This document shows positions 27,367 through 37,223 of a DNA stretch of 64,000 bases, piece after piece. The DNA comes from Planctomycetota bacterium (lineage in GTDB: Bacteria > Planctomycetota > Phycisphaerae > WQYP01), in contig JAKBBN010000004.1 of NCBI GenBank assembly GCA_021808485.1, positions 5,523 to 69,522 on the forward strand. The letters run 5' to 3'. The position numbers and the translations under genes are program-made. Under the pieces are notes generated by a model. The model did no database searches. It saw only the letters and a program-made list of their open reading frames with translations, and was not told the DNA's origin. The first letter of the stretch is position 1. Each line of letters starts with the position of its first letter.

Positions 27367-28329
27367 ATGGACGGACCGCAGATTAAAGCATTGGCCCACC
27401 GGCTCAATCAATTGCTGTTCAATCAGCTTGTAGGCCGAATTGACGTTCCAGCCGACCGGTGGCAAGCCAACGTTCTTTTGAAGCATTGCGCCGGTCAGCA
27501 TGTGCGGCGGGTCTATTCCCACGGGCGGTGGCTGCTTTGGAACTTCAGTCATGGCATAAGCTGGGCCTGTTATCCGCTGCGCCGGTGGCGCTGGTCCATT
27601 GATTTTCCCGAGTCGGATTCCGGTTCCGGCCCGTCATTGCTTAGATCCGTCGGAATCGGCGGCGCGCCGCCGGCTTCCTTGTCGGCAATGGTGGTGCCCC
27701 CATCCGTGTCGCCTTTGCTCCTTATTCCCGGCCGCAGACCGCTGCTGCGCATGACCCTGACGGACGGCCGTCGGATATGCCTTTCCGGCAGGCCGCTTTT
27801 CCTGATTATGCTCACGGAAGGGTTGTGGCGGCATCCGGAGCTCAGCTCGCTTGGACCGGACCTGCTGGCGGATCAATTTTCAAAAACCCAATGGGTCTAT
27901 CGCCTGCGCCATGAAAGCGGCAAAACCGTCTCCCAGGCCCTGCTTGAACAAAACGTGGCCGCCGGTATCGGCAACCAGTCCAAGTGTGAAATCCTGTTTG
28001 CCGCGGGTATCAGTCCGTCCACACACATGACGACCCTGACACGCGAAGACCTGGATCATCTGGCGGACGTTGCCGTGGAATTGTTGATGGCGCAATTTCG
28101 TTCCGCTCTCTCGCCGATTTCCGCGCCCCCGGTGCCGCGCCGCGTGTTTGACCGCGCCGGCGAGCCGTGCGATATCTGTTCCACTCCCATTGCCGTGGAC
28201 CGCAGCGGTTGTGATAACCGCTGGTCATGGTATTGCCCGAATTGCCAGCCGGCGCGGGAAGAACCGATGCTGTTTAATCCGGAAGAAACCCGGCTCGCGG
28301 AGACGGATCCGGTCCGGCAAAAAAGCTGA
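27367..28329 (+). CDS. Fpg/Nei-family DNA glycosylase-like protein (N-terminal catalytic Pro-Glu absent if start is 27367)
   Basis: Has the H2TH motif (SKCEILFAAGISPS) and a C-terminal zinc finger (CDICSTPIAVDRSGCDNRWSWYCPNCQ). The N-terminus MDGPQIKALAHRL aligns to Nei MPEGPEIRRAADNL minus the P-E. The track ORF instead starts at 27292 with MPEF, inside sucD. Confidence 0.6.
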   Translation: MDGPQIKALAHRLNQLLFNQLVGRIDVPADRWQANVLLKHCAGQHVRRVYSHGRWLLWNFSHGISWACYPLRRWRWSIDFPESDSGSGPSLLRSVGIGGAPPASLSAMVVPPSVSPLLLIPGRRPLLRMTLTDGRRICLSGRPLFLIMLTEGLWRHPELSSLGPDLLADQFSKTQWVYRLRHESGKTVSQALLEQNVAAGIGNQSKCEILFAAGISPSTHMTTLTREDLDHLADVAVELLMAQFRSALSPISAPPVPRRVFDRAGEPCDICSTPIAVDRSGCDNRWSWYCPNCQPAREEPMLFNPEETRLAETDPVRQKS

Positions 28330-28493
28330 TCGATTTTCCGCCCGTGCACCGCCGCATTTCCACCGGGATTCCCCAAAACACCCACTTGCAGGTTTTTAAT
28401 TATGCGTTAGGCTTCTGCCTGAGGCGGCCGCGTCCGGCGCCGGCTGAAACCTCCGCCGCATTAACCGGCACGCGGCGCTTTTAAGGAGCGGCG

Positions 28494-29399
28494 ATGACCT
28501 TGACCTGGCACGGAGTTATTCCGGCCGTCACCACGCAGTTTAAGTCGGACCAATCCCTGGATGTTTCCGCAACACTGACCCATATTGATGCCTTGCTTGC
28601 CGGCGGCGTTCATGGTTTGGTCATGCTGGGAACGGTGGGTGAAAACTGTTCACTTGAGAACACTGAAAAAGCCGAGCTTCTTGCCCGTACGGTAAGGCAT
28701 GTCGGCGGCCGTGCGCCGGTCATTTCCGGCGTTGCGGAATACACCACGGCGCAGGCGTGCCGCGCGGCGAAAATGGCCGCTGATGCCGGCGTTGACGGCC
28801 TGATGGTGCTGCCCGCGATGGTCTATAAAAGTGACCACCGGGAAACCATGGCGCATTTTCGCTCCGTTGCGGCCGCCACGGATCGTCCGATTCTGGTTTA
28901 TAACAACCCGGTCACATACGGCGTGGACATACGGCCGGAAGCGTTTATGGAGCTTGCGGACCTCGCCACGGTGGAGGCAATTAAGGAATCATCGGAGAAT
29001 CCGCGCCGCATTACGGACATTTACAATACATGCGGAACGCGCTTCAAGCTGCTTTGCGGAGTGGATGATCTGGTGCTGGAAAGCCATGCGCTGGGCGCGT
29101 GCGGTTGGATTTCCGGGCTGGTGAATGCGTTCCCCAGGGAATCCTGCTATTTCTGGAAATTACTGGAAAGCGGCGAATTGCGCAAAGCCCGGGATATTTA
29201 TCGCTGGTACACCCCGCTCCTGCATCTGGATACGCATGTCAAACTTGTGCAATATATCAAGCTTGTGTCCGCGGAATGCGGCTACGGAACGGAAATGGTG
29301 CGATTGCCGCGCATGCCTTTGGTGGGGGAGGAACGCGGCCGGATTATCGACTTGGTGCGGCGGGCGATAGCCGACCGACCGCAGCTGCCGCATGCCTGA
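28494..29399 (+). CDS. DHDPS/DapA-family aldolase-type enzyme, likely 1-pyrroline-4-hydroxy-2-carboxylate deaminase
   Basis: 301 aa DapA-fold protein with AAGGAG RBS. It is the first gene of an operon that includes a Hyp epimerase and a D-Hyp dehydrogenase. Confidence 0.65.
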   Translation: MTLTWHGVIPAVTTQFKSDQSLDVSATLTHIDALLAGGVHGLVMLGTVGENCSLENTEKAELLARTVRHVGGRAPVISGVAEYTTAQACRAAKMAADAGVDGLMVLPAMVYKSDHRETMAHFRSVAAATDRPILVYNNPVTYGVDIRPEAFMELADLATVEAIKESSENPRRITDIYNTCGTRFKLLCGVDDLVLESHALGACGWISGLVNAFPRESCYFWKLLESGELRKARDIYRWYTPLLHLDTHVKLVQYIKLVSAECGYGTEMVRLPRMPLVGEERGRIIDLVRRAIADRPQLPHA

Positions 29400-29423
29400 G
29401 TTTATCGCTGTGAGGAGCCGTGT

Positions 29424-30806
29424 ATGAGCGTGGCCGCCGGCCGGGATGAATGGTTGCGATTTCAGAAGGATTTTACCGCCGATGAACTGCGTCATCGGCG
29501 TTTGCGACTGATGCGCTCGCTGGCCACCGGATGCGCCTTTATGGCGGGGGCGGGCGCGGTGCGCGGGTTTGATCCGTTCCGTCAGGATAATGACTTTTAC
29601 TATCTTACCGGGGTGGAAGTTCCGCACGCTTATCTGCTGCTGGATAACGCCGCCGAAACATCCACGCTTTTTTTGCCGCCGCGGGATGCGGCACACGAAA
29701 AATCCGACGGCCCGGAACTTTCCTGTGAAGACGGCGATTTTGTCCGGCGGCATACCGGCATTGAAAGTGTCCGCCCCCTTGCGGACCTGCCCCAGGCCCT
29801 CGCGGCGCCGGCGGTTCTGTACACGGCCCGGGCATATCCGGAGGGGTATCGCCAATGCCAGGATACGCTCCGCATCTGGCGACGGTTTTCCATGGCGGAT
29901 CCAATGTCCGGCGACTTTATGCCGCAGGCCCATGTTATCAAACAACTCGCGAGCCTGAATCCGCGGGCGGAATTTCGTGATCTTTCACCGGTGATCGAAT
30001 TGCACCGCCTTACCAAAAGCCCCGCTGAGCTGGCCCTGATGCGCCGCAGTTCGCATCTTACCGCGTTGGCCTGCAAACAGGCGATCATGAACACCCGTCC
30101 CGGAATGTATGAATTTCAGCTGGCCGCGGTGGCCGACTTCATTTTCGGCATCAACGGCGCACAGGGGGCGGGATATCGACCGATTATCGCCGCCGGCGCC
30201 AACATCTGGATGATGCATTATTGGCGAAACAACGCCCAGTTGCGCGACGGCGACCTGGTTATCTTTGATTACGCGCCTGACCTGAACAACTATACATCGG
30301 ATATCGGTCGGATGTGGCCGGTAAACGGCCGCTATTCATCCGTTCAACGCGAACTTTACGGGTTTGTTTTGCGCTACCACGGCGTCCTGCTTTCGCTTAT
30401 TCGCGCCGGCCGCACCAGCCGGGAAATTCTGTCCTCTGCCGCGGAACAAATGCAGCCTGTCGTAGACACATGGCCGTGGAGCAAGCCCGCTTACCGCAAT
30501 GCCGCACTGAAGTTGCTGGAGTCGCCGCGGCCCCTTTCCCATGGTGTCGGCATGGCCGTGCATGAGTCCGGCAGTTATACCGCCCGCCCGTTGGAGCCCG
30601 GCCTGGTGTTTGCGGTAGATCCGGAACTGCTTGTTCCGGAGGAGCAGCTTTATATTCGTGTTGAAGATACGGTCGCTGTGCATGAAAATGGCTGCGAAAA
30701 CCTTACCGCCGGTTGTCCGCGTGAAATGGATGAAGTCGAAAAATTAATCGGTGCGGCACGGCTTTTGGAGGTGGTTGGCCCGGTGATGCCGAACCCCGGC
30801 AGGTAA
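29424..30806 (+). CDS. M24-family Xaa-Pro aminopeptidase/prolidase
   Basis: 460 aa. Metal ligands DYAPDLNNYTSDIGR and HGVGMAVHE. GAGGAG RBS. Confidence 0.7.
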   Translation: MSVAAGRDEWLRFQKDFTADELRHRRLRLMRSLATGCAFMAGAGAVRGFDPFRQDNDFYYLTGVEVPHAYLLLDNAAETSTLFLPPRDAAHEKSDGPELSCEDGDFVRRHTGIESVRPLADLPQALAAPAVLYTARAYPEGYRQCQDTLRIWRRFSMADPMSGDFMPQAHVIKQLASLNPRAEFRDLSPVIELHRLTKSPAELALMRRSSHLTALACKQAIMNTRPGMYEFQLAAVADFIFGINGAQGAGYRPIIAAGANIWMMHYWRNNAQLRDGDLVIFDYAPDLNNYTSDIGRMWPVNGRYSSVQRELYGFVLRYHGVLLSLIRAGRTSREILSSAAEQMQPVVDTWPWSKPAYRNAALKLLESPRPLSHGVGMAVHESGSYTARPLEPGLVFAVDPELLVPEEQLYIRVEDTVAVHENGCENLTAGCPREMDEVEKLIGAARLLEVVGPVMPNPGR

Positions 30807-30889
30807 AGCGCCGTTGGCGCCGGGCAGTGACAGGGGGGTATAACGCGGAATGGCGACCGGCAGGCGATTGCGGATGCAGGATGGATACC

Positions 30890-31828
30890 ATGCGTGAAAT
30901 TCAAGTCATTGACACCCATACCGGCGGTGAACCGACACGGGTGATCATCGCCGGCGGGCCGCAACTTGGAGGCGGACCGCTGGAGGCACAGCGAAAGGTT
31001 TTTGCCGCCAATTTTGACGATGTTCGCAGTGCGGTGGTCAATGAGCCGCGCGGTTCGGATGTGATGGTGGCGGCATTGCTGACTGAACCGGTCGATTCAA
31101 CATCCATCGCCGGGGTTATTTTTTTTAATAATATCGGCTATCTGGGAATGTGCGGTCATGGCACGATAGGTGTGGCCGTCGCGTTGGGCAGCCTGGGCAG
31201 AATCCAGGCTGGAAAATATAAAATCGATACACCGGTCGGCGGCGTTGAGTTTGACTATGACGGAAAAAACCGCGTACGCCTGGAAAATGTTCCGGCCTAC
31301 CGCTACGCCGCAGGCATCAAACTCAACGTGCCCGGAATAGGGGATGTGACGGGTGACGTGGCCTGGGGCGGCAACTGGTTTTTCCTGGTGGATTGGCCGG
31401 AGGAAAATTATTCATTGGCCAATGTGCCGGCGCTTATGGATGTTTGCCGGCGCATTCGCATGGCCCTGGGAAAGGCCGGAATCACCGGTCATCAACACGC
31501 GGAAATTGACCATGTGGAACTTTTCGGCCGTCCCTTTAATGCGGCCAACAACAGTCGCAATTTTGTTTTGTGTCCGGGCTATGCGTATGACCGCTCGCCA
31601 TGCGGCACGGGCACCAGCGCAAAGCTGGCCTGCCTTCTGGCGGATGGAAAAATCCAGCCTGGTGAAATCTGGCGGCAGGAAAGCATATTGGGCAGCCTGT
31701 TTGAAGGTTCCGTGACCGTTCGCGACGGCCGGATTATTCCATCCATTTCCGGTACCGCGTATGTAACGGGAAAAGCCACGCTCCTGCTGGATCCGGCGGA
31801 CCCATTTGTCATGGGAATCCGCACATGA
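30890..31828 (+). CDS. proline racemase family, 4-hydroxyproline 2-epimerase-like (both catalytic Cys present)
   Basis: Start set at MREIQVIDTHTGGEPTRVI (the track ORF begins earlier at a GTG). Catalytic Cys pair: GMCGHGTIG and SPCGTGTSA. Confidence 0.7.
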   Translation: MREIQVIDTHTGGEPTRVIIAGGPQLGGGPLEAQRKVFAANFDDVRSAVVNEPRGSDVMVAALLTEPVDSTSIAGVIFFNNIGYLGMCGHGTIGVAVALGSLGRIQAGKYKIDTPVGGVEFDYDGKNRVRLENVPAYRYAAGIKLNVPGIGDVTGDVAWGGNWFFLVDWPEENYSLANVPALMDVCRRIRMALGKAGITGHQHAEIDHVELFGRPFNAANNSRNFVLCPGYAYDRSPCGTGTSAKLACLLADGKIQPGEIWRQESILGSLFEGSVTVRDGRIIPSISGTAYVTGKATLLLDPADPFVMGIRT

Positions 31829-32970
31829 GCATCTCATCCGGCAGAGTCATCGTGGTGGGGGCGGGCATAGTGGGGGCGGCATGCGCCTGGTATTTAATGC
31901 GCGATGGTCATCAGGTAACCATTGTGGATCGGGCCGGTGTGGGCTGTGGCGCCACCGCGGCCGGTATGGGGCACATTGTGGTGATGGATGATTCGCCCGC
32001 GCAAATGGCCCTCACCCGCTATTCGCGGCAACTGTGGAACGATATGGCCCCGCAATTGCCCGCCTCGGCGGAATTTGTTCCCAGCGGTACATTATGGATT
32101 GCCGATGATGCCGAAGAAATGGCCGCGGCGGAAAAAAAGGCGGCGCTTTACAAAAGTTGCGACGTGGACGCGGTGGTTCTGTCGCCGGCGGAACTGTACG
32201 CGCGGGAAGCAAATTTGCGCCCCGGCCTGGCCGGAGCGCTTCTTGTCCCGGCGGACAGCGTCATTTATTCCCCTTGTGCCGCCGCCTGGCTGGTGAACGA
32301 TGTCTGCTCACAGGGCGGCATCCTGATAAAAAACGCCGAGGTGAAAGCCGTCCGTGATGATTGCGTTGAGTTGCGGGATGGCCGGGTGCTGCAGACGGAT
32401 ATTTCAGTCATTGCCTCCGGAACCTCCCTGGCGGAGTTGCTGCCGCAATTTCCCGTCCGCGCACGCAAGGGGCACCTTGTAATTACGGATCGTGCGCCGG
32501 CTTTCGTCCGGCATCAATTGGTTGAGCTTGGATATCTTAAAAGCGCGCACGCAACGGAGGCGGACTCCGTGGCGTTTAACGTCCAGCCGCGTGCCACCGG
32601 TCAGTTGTTAATCGGTTCATCGCGGCAATATCAGATGCAGTCCGCACAGGTGGATCATGGGATTCTGCAGGCCATGTTGAACCGGGCCTTTTACTTTATG
32701 CCGTCGCTGAAGGAACTTGGAGCTGTTCGCGCCTGGGCGGGGTTTCGCGCCGCTTCCCCGGATCATTTGCCGATCCTTGGCCCGGTGGCGGGAATGGCCG
32801 GTGTGTATGTGGCCGGCGGGCATGAAGGGCTGGGCATTACCACCAGCTTGGCCGGCGGCCGTCTGATTGCCGATATGCTTGCCGGCAGAACCAGTGCGAT
32901 TGACCCGGCGCCTTATCTGCCGGCACGATTCGCCGCGGGTTCCGGCCGCGAAAGGTGGCATCATGGCTGA
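31825..32970 (+). CDS. FAD-dependent oxidoreductase (DAO family), D-hydroxyproline dehydrogenase beta-like subunit
   Basis: VIVVGAGIVGAACAWYL dinucleotide-binding motif. ATGA overlap with the epimerase gene. Confidence 0.7.
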   Translation: MSISSGRVIVVGAGIVGAACAWYLMRDGHQVTIVDRAGVGCGATAAGMGHIVVMDDSPAQMALTRYSRQLWNDMAPQLPASAEFVPSGTLWIADDAEEMAAAEKKAALYKSCDVDAVVLSPAELYAREANLRPGLAGALLVPADSVIYSPCAAAWLVNDVCSQGGILIKNAEVKAVRDDCVELRDGRVLQTDISVIASGTSLAELLPQFPVRARKGHLVITDRAPAFVRHQLVELGYLKSAHATEADSVAFNVQPRATGQLLIGSSRQYQMQSAQVDHGILQAMLNRAFYFMPSLKELGAVRAWAGFRAASPDHLPILGPVAGMAGVYVAGGHEGLGITTSLAGGRLIADMLAGRTSAIDPAPYLPARFAAGSGRERWHHG

Positions 32971-33211
32971 AAAAATAAGCCTTTTGGTAAATGGCGGAAA
33001 AATTACCGCCGACGCCGGCGTTTCTCTGGCTGCCGCGCTAATGAACGCCGGTTTTGTCCGGTTCGGTACGTCTGTGATGGCAGAACCGCGGGGGCCGTTG
33101 TGCGGCATGGGCATTTGCATGGCTTGCAGAGTTCAGGTCAATGGTCAACGCGGCATCCGCAGTTGTCAGACGCCTGTCCGGGAAGGCATGGAGGTAGTGC
33201 TGGATGCCTGA
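32963..33211 (+). CDS. small (2Fe-2S)-binding subunit
   Basis: 82 aa from the internal MAEKISLLVNG start. Cys ligands CGMGICMACRV ... SC. Overlaps both neighbours by 8 nt. Confidence 0.55.
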   Translation: MAEKISLLVNGGKITADAGVSLAAALMNAGFVRFGTSVMAEPRGPLCGMGICMACRVQVNGQRGIRSCQTPVREGMEVVLDA

Positions 33212-34478
33212 ACCCTCCACACCGGTTGAATCCTGTGATGTGCTGGTCGCCGGCGGCGGACCGGCCGGTATTGCCGCCGCATGCACGGCCGCGGCATCCG
33301 GAGCGGCCGTAATATTGGTGGATGATAATTCGGCGCCGGGCGGGCAAATTTGGCGGTCCCGGCGGAAGCACCCGCAAAAAGGGCTTGCCGGAGACTGGCT
33401 TGCAAAATTTTCCGCCGTCACGGTGCGGCGGTTGTTCGGTCATCGGGTAGTGGCGGCGCCCCAGCCGCGGCTTCTGTTGGTTGAAGGTCCGGATGGGGCG
33501 GTTTTCATCCGCTGTGGAAAGCTGATTCTGGCCACCGGCGCTCGCGAACTGTTCCTGCCGTTTCCCGGCTGGACGCTGCCGAATGTCGTCGGCGCCGGCG
33601 CTATCCAGGCACTTACGAAAAGCGGGCTGGATGTGCGCGGCAAACGCGTTATCCTGGCAGGTTCCGGACCGCTTCTGCCGGCCGTTGCCGCCCATCTGAA
33701 ACACGCCGGTGCCGATGTTGCGTTTATTGCGGAGCAGGCATCCGCCGCAAAGCTGTTAAGATTTGGGTTCGGCCTTTTGGGTCGGTCCGGCAAATTGCGA
33801 CAGGCCTTCACCCTGTGGCGGCGCATCCGTCCATGGCGTATCACGCCGGGAAGTTGGCCGGTTTGCGTGGAAAAATCGGAGTCAGGGCTGAAGGTCGTCA
33901 TCCAATCCGGTGTTGCGCGGCATACGCTGTATGCGGATTATCTGGCCTGCGGATTCGGCCTTGTTCCCAACAATGAGCTGGCAATTCTGGTCGGCTGCGC
34001 GGTTGGTTCAGGCGGGTTTGTGCAGGTAAATCACGAAAACGCCGCCAGTGTTGACTGGGTATATGCCGTCGGCGAACTCACCGGCATCGGCGGTGTGGAA
34101 AAAGGCGTTGTGGAAGGACAAATTGCCGGTTCGGCCGCAACAAAACAGGCGGTGGATCGCGTGCTGCTCCGGCAGCGCGCCGCTGCGGTCAAATTCGCGG
34201 CCGCGCTGGCGGATACCTTTGCCCTTCGCGCGGAAGTTCGCAATCTGGCCGATGCGCAAACGGTGATCTGCCGATGTGAAGATGTCCGGCTCGCAGCGCT
34301 TTCCGGATTGCAGGATGCCCGTGAATTGAAATTACAAACCCGCTGCGGCATGGGGCCTTGCCAGGCCAGAATTTGCGGACCGATCCTGCAATTGTTGGGT
34401 CTGCCGGGGCAGCCGTCCGTCCGACCGCCGATTCAGCCCTGCCGGTTGAAAACGCTTGCCGCACAGATTAAGGAATAA
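33204..34478 (+). CDS. FAD/NAD(P)-binding oxidoreductase with C-terminal BFD-like [2Fe-2S] domain (dehydrogenase alpha-like subunit)
   Basis: Two Rossmann motifs (VLVAGGGPAGIAAA, VILAGSGPLLPAVAA). C-terminal CRCEDV...CGMGPCQARIC. Confidence 0.6.
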   Translation: MPEPSTPVESCDVLVAGGGPAGIAAACTAAASGAAVILVDDNSAPGGQIWRSRRKHPQKGLAGDWLAKFSAVTVRRLFGHRVVAAPQPRLLLVEGPDGAVFIRCGKLILATGARELFLPFPGWTLPNVVGAGAIQALTKSGLDVRGKRVILAGSGPLLPAVAAHLKHAGADVAFIAEQASAAKLLRFGFGLLGRSGKLRQAFTLWRRIRPWRITPGSWPVCVEKSESGLKVVIQSGVARHTLYADYLACGFGLVPNNELAILVGCAVGSGGFVQVNHENAASVDWVYAVGELTGIGGVEKGVVEGQIAGSAATKQAVDRVLLRQRAAAVKFAAALADTFALRAEVRNLADAQTVICRCEDVRLAALSGLQDARELKLQTRCGMGPCQARICGPILQLLGLPGQPSVRPPIQPCRLKTLAAQIKE

Positions 34479-34520
34479 CACCGCCGGTCCATGGTGACCG
34501 GCGCGTTGCTCCCCCGACGG

Positions 34521-35513
34521 TCAAATTTGAAAGTCCGGCGGTTGCTCCTGCACGAATTCCTTCGGCGGCCGATTGCGATATTGCAATTCCGGATGCTTCA
34601 CGCTTACGCGCGTATTGGCGGGCACCGTCTGGGTGACAAATACGTTTCCGTTAATGGTCGCACCGCGTCCGATTACCGTATCGCCGCCCAGAATGCTGGC
34701 GTTCGGATACACCATGACATCATCCTGCAGCGTAGGATGGCGCTTGGAACCGCGCAAGGACTGCCCGCCACGTGTGGAAAGCGCGCCCAAGGTGACACCC
34801 TGGTAAATCTTGACATTTTTTCCGATATGCGTCGTCTCGCCTATCACCACGCCCGTGCCATGGTCAATAAAAAAGTAATCGCTGATTTCCGCTCCCGGGT
34901 GTATGTCAATTCCGGTCAGGCTGTGGGCATATTCGCTCATGATTCGCGGCACCAGCGGCACGGCCAGTCGATGCAGTTCGTGGGCGATGCGGTAAATCGT
35001 AATGGCCAGATAGCCCGGATAGCAGAAAATAATCTCATCCACGCTGCCGGCCGCCGGATCACCTTCAAATGCCGCCTGGGCATCGGTTGCCAGCACCTCG
35101 CGCAACCGGGGAATGGAACCAAGAAACTCGTCGGTAATCGCCGCGGCCGTGGTATCGCAGTTCTCACAATCTCCTTTTCCGGATCGCTGGTGCTGATGGC
35201 GGATGGCCCGGCGGACCTGGTCAAACAGCATGTCACGTATGGACCCAAGCATGGAGCTGACATGAAACTGCAGGTCCCCCTGGGTCAGGTTCTGCCGGCC
35301 GAAAAAGCCCGGAAACAGAAGTTCCCGCATGGTTTTAACCAGTTGAATCACCACATCCCGATTGGGTAAAAACGTGGCGCCAATATACTGGGTCTCCGCA
35401 TAGCGGCCGTAGCTGGCGATAATGTCCTGGGTCAGCTGCGTCAGGTCCTGTTTTTGGATGCTCAATTGTATTCTCCTGGAAAGCCGTTTTTGTCTCACAT
35501 CTCCCGATGACAT
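34521..35513 (-). CDS. cysE: serine O-acetyltransferase, long form
   Basis: 330 aa with a SAT N-terminal helical domain plus a hexapeptide LbH domain (DIHPGAEISDYFFIDHGTGVVIGETTHIGKNVKIYQGVTLG). Confidence 0.7.
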   Translation of the reverse strand: MSSGDVRQKRLSRRIQLSIQKQDLTQLTQDIIASYGRYAETQYIGATFLPNRDVVIQLVKTMRELLFPGFFGRQNLTQGDLQFHVSSMLGSIRDMLFDQVRRAIRHQHQRSGKGDCENCDTTAAAITDEFLGSIPRLREVLATDAQAAFEGDPAAGSVDEIIFCYPGYLAITIYRIAHELHRLAVPLVPRIMSEYAHSLTGIDIHPGAEISDYFFIDHGTGVVIGETTHIGKNVKIYQGVTLGALSTRGGQSLRGSKRHPTLQDDVMVYPNASILGGDTVIGRGATINGNVFVTQTVPANTRVSVKHPELQYRNRPPKEFVQEQPPDFQI

Positions 35514-35659
35514 ATAGTTTAGGCTGGCCGGCCCGGCAGAGCCAGCGTCGCTCCGTCGCAGCCGGTTGAAGGGACCTCCGGTGCCGCCGGGCGCAATTGC
35601 GGATGCCGGCCCGAACGCCTAATATCGTGCAGCGGAAAATGCGTGAAGGAAATCCCCAC

Positions 35660-37183
35660 ATGGCTTACGACGATCTTCAATCCTTTCTTACAACCCTGGA
35701 GCAGGCCGGTGAACTGCGCCGCATCAGTGCATGCGTGGATCCTGTGCTGGAAATTGCCGAAATCGCCGACCGTGCAAGCAAATCTCCAACCCGGGCGGGC
35801 CAATGGCCCGCGTCCGGCCCGGCGCCCTTTGGCGGCCGCAACCCCAGGCATGGCACCACCGGGGTCAATCAGGCTCTGGTATTTCAAAACGTTAAAGGCA
35901 GTGATATCCCGCTGGCCATTAACACCTTCGGTTCTTATGAGCGGTTGCACATGGCTCTGGGCTGCGACAATCTGGATGCGCTGGCCCAGCGCATTGCCGA
36001 GCTTACCCGTCCGGAGCCGCCGGTCGGTCTTATGGACAAAATCCGCAAGGGACTCGACCTGCTTAAACTGGCCGGCTACGGCCCAAAAATCCGAACCGGC
36101 GCCGCGCTGTGCCAGCAGGTGGTGCACACGGATGATGCGGATATTACCCGCCTGCCGGTGATTCAATGCTGGCCGAAGGACGGAGGAAAGTATATCACGT
36201 TTGGGCAGGTGATCACCCGGCATCCGGAATCCGGTGCGCGTAACATGGGCATGTACCGGGTGCAGGTGTTTGATAAAAAACTCACCGCGATGCATTGGCA
36301 TATGCACCATGACGGAGCGCGCCATTTTCGAGCCTGGAAAAAGTTGGGCAAGCCCTGTCCGCTGGCCATAGTGCTGGGCGGGGAAAGCGTGCTGCCATAT
36401 TCCGCCACCGCCCCATTGCCTCCGGGAATTGATGAGCATCTGTTCGCGGGCTTTTTGATGGGCCGCGGACTGGACCTTGTCGCCTGCAAAACAATACCGC
36501 TTGAGGTGCCGGCCAACGCTGAAATCGTCGTCGAGGGTTTTGTGGACCCGTCGCAGACCATTCTTGAAGGACCCTTCGGCGATCATACCGGCTTTTATTC
36601 CCTGGCCGACCAATATCCGGTCTTTCGCGTCACCGCGATCACGCACCGGAAAAACCCGGTTTATCCCACCACCATTGTGGGCAAACCACCGCAGGAGGAT
36701 TACTACCTGGGCAAAGCCACCGAACGCCTGTTCCTGCCGCTGCTGAAAATTCTTATACCCGACGTTCTGGACTATGACTTGCCGATGTTTGGCGCGTTTC
36801 ATAATTGCGCGATCATTAAAATCCGCAAGGATTATCCCTACCATGCCCGCAAGGTCATACACGCTGTTTGGGGCGCCGGCCAGATGGCCTGGACCAAAAT
36901 GGTGATCGTGGTGGATGAACATGTGGATGTGCATAATCTTGACGATGTGCTGTTTCATCTGGCGGCCAATGTGGATCCGCGGCGGGACACCTTTATTGCC
37001 GAAGGGCCGCTGGATATTCTTGATCATGCCGCGCCATTCGCCGGGGCCGGCAGTAAAATGGGCATAGACGCCACGCGAAAATGGCCGGGTGAAGGACCGG
37101 TGCGCGATTGGCCGGAGGAAATCGCCATGGATGACGCCACGGTGGCGACAGTGTCGCGGCGCTGGAAAGAATACGGCTTTTAG
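35660..37183 (+). CDS. UbiD-family (prFMN-dependent) decarboxylase
   Basis: Start at MAYDDLQSFLTTLEQAGEL. UbiD motifs GPFGDHTGFYS and ITHRKNPVYPTTIVGKPPQED. Confidence 0.75.
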   Translation: MAYDDLQSFLTTLEQAGELRRISACVDPVLEIAEIADRASKSPTRAGQWPASGPAPFGGRNPRHGTTGVNQALVFQNVKGSDIPLAINTFGSYERLHMALGCDNLDALAQRIAELTRPEPPVGLMDKIRKGLDLLKLAGYGPKIRTGAALCQQVVHTDDADITRLPVIQCWPKDGGKYITFGQVITRHPESGARNMGMYRVQVFDKKLTAMHWHMHHDGARHFRAWKKLGKPCPLAIVLGGESVLPYSATAPLPPGIDEHLFAGFLMGRGLDLVACKTIPLEVPANAEIVVEGFVDPSQTILEGPFGDHTGFYSLADQYPVFRVTAITHRKNPVYPTTIVGKPPQEDYYLGKATERLFLPLLKILIPDVLDYDLPMFGAFHNCAIIKIRKDYPYHARKVIHAVWGAGQMAWTKMVIVVDEHVDVHNLDDVLFHLAANVDPRRDTFIAEGPLDILDHAAPFAGAGSKMGIDATRKWPGEGPVRDWPEEIAMDDATVATVSRRWKEYGF

Positions 37184-37223
37184 TCCATCCCAAACAATAT
37201 TAATACTCGAAATGATTTAACAT

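Noticed and set aside
35519-37027. 502-aa minus-strand ORF antisense to the UbiD-family gene
   Set aside because: Same reasoning. The plus-strand product has clear UbiD motifs, and the antisense translation is low-complexity.
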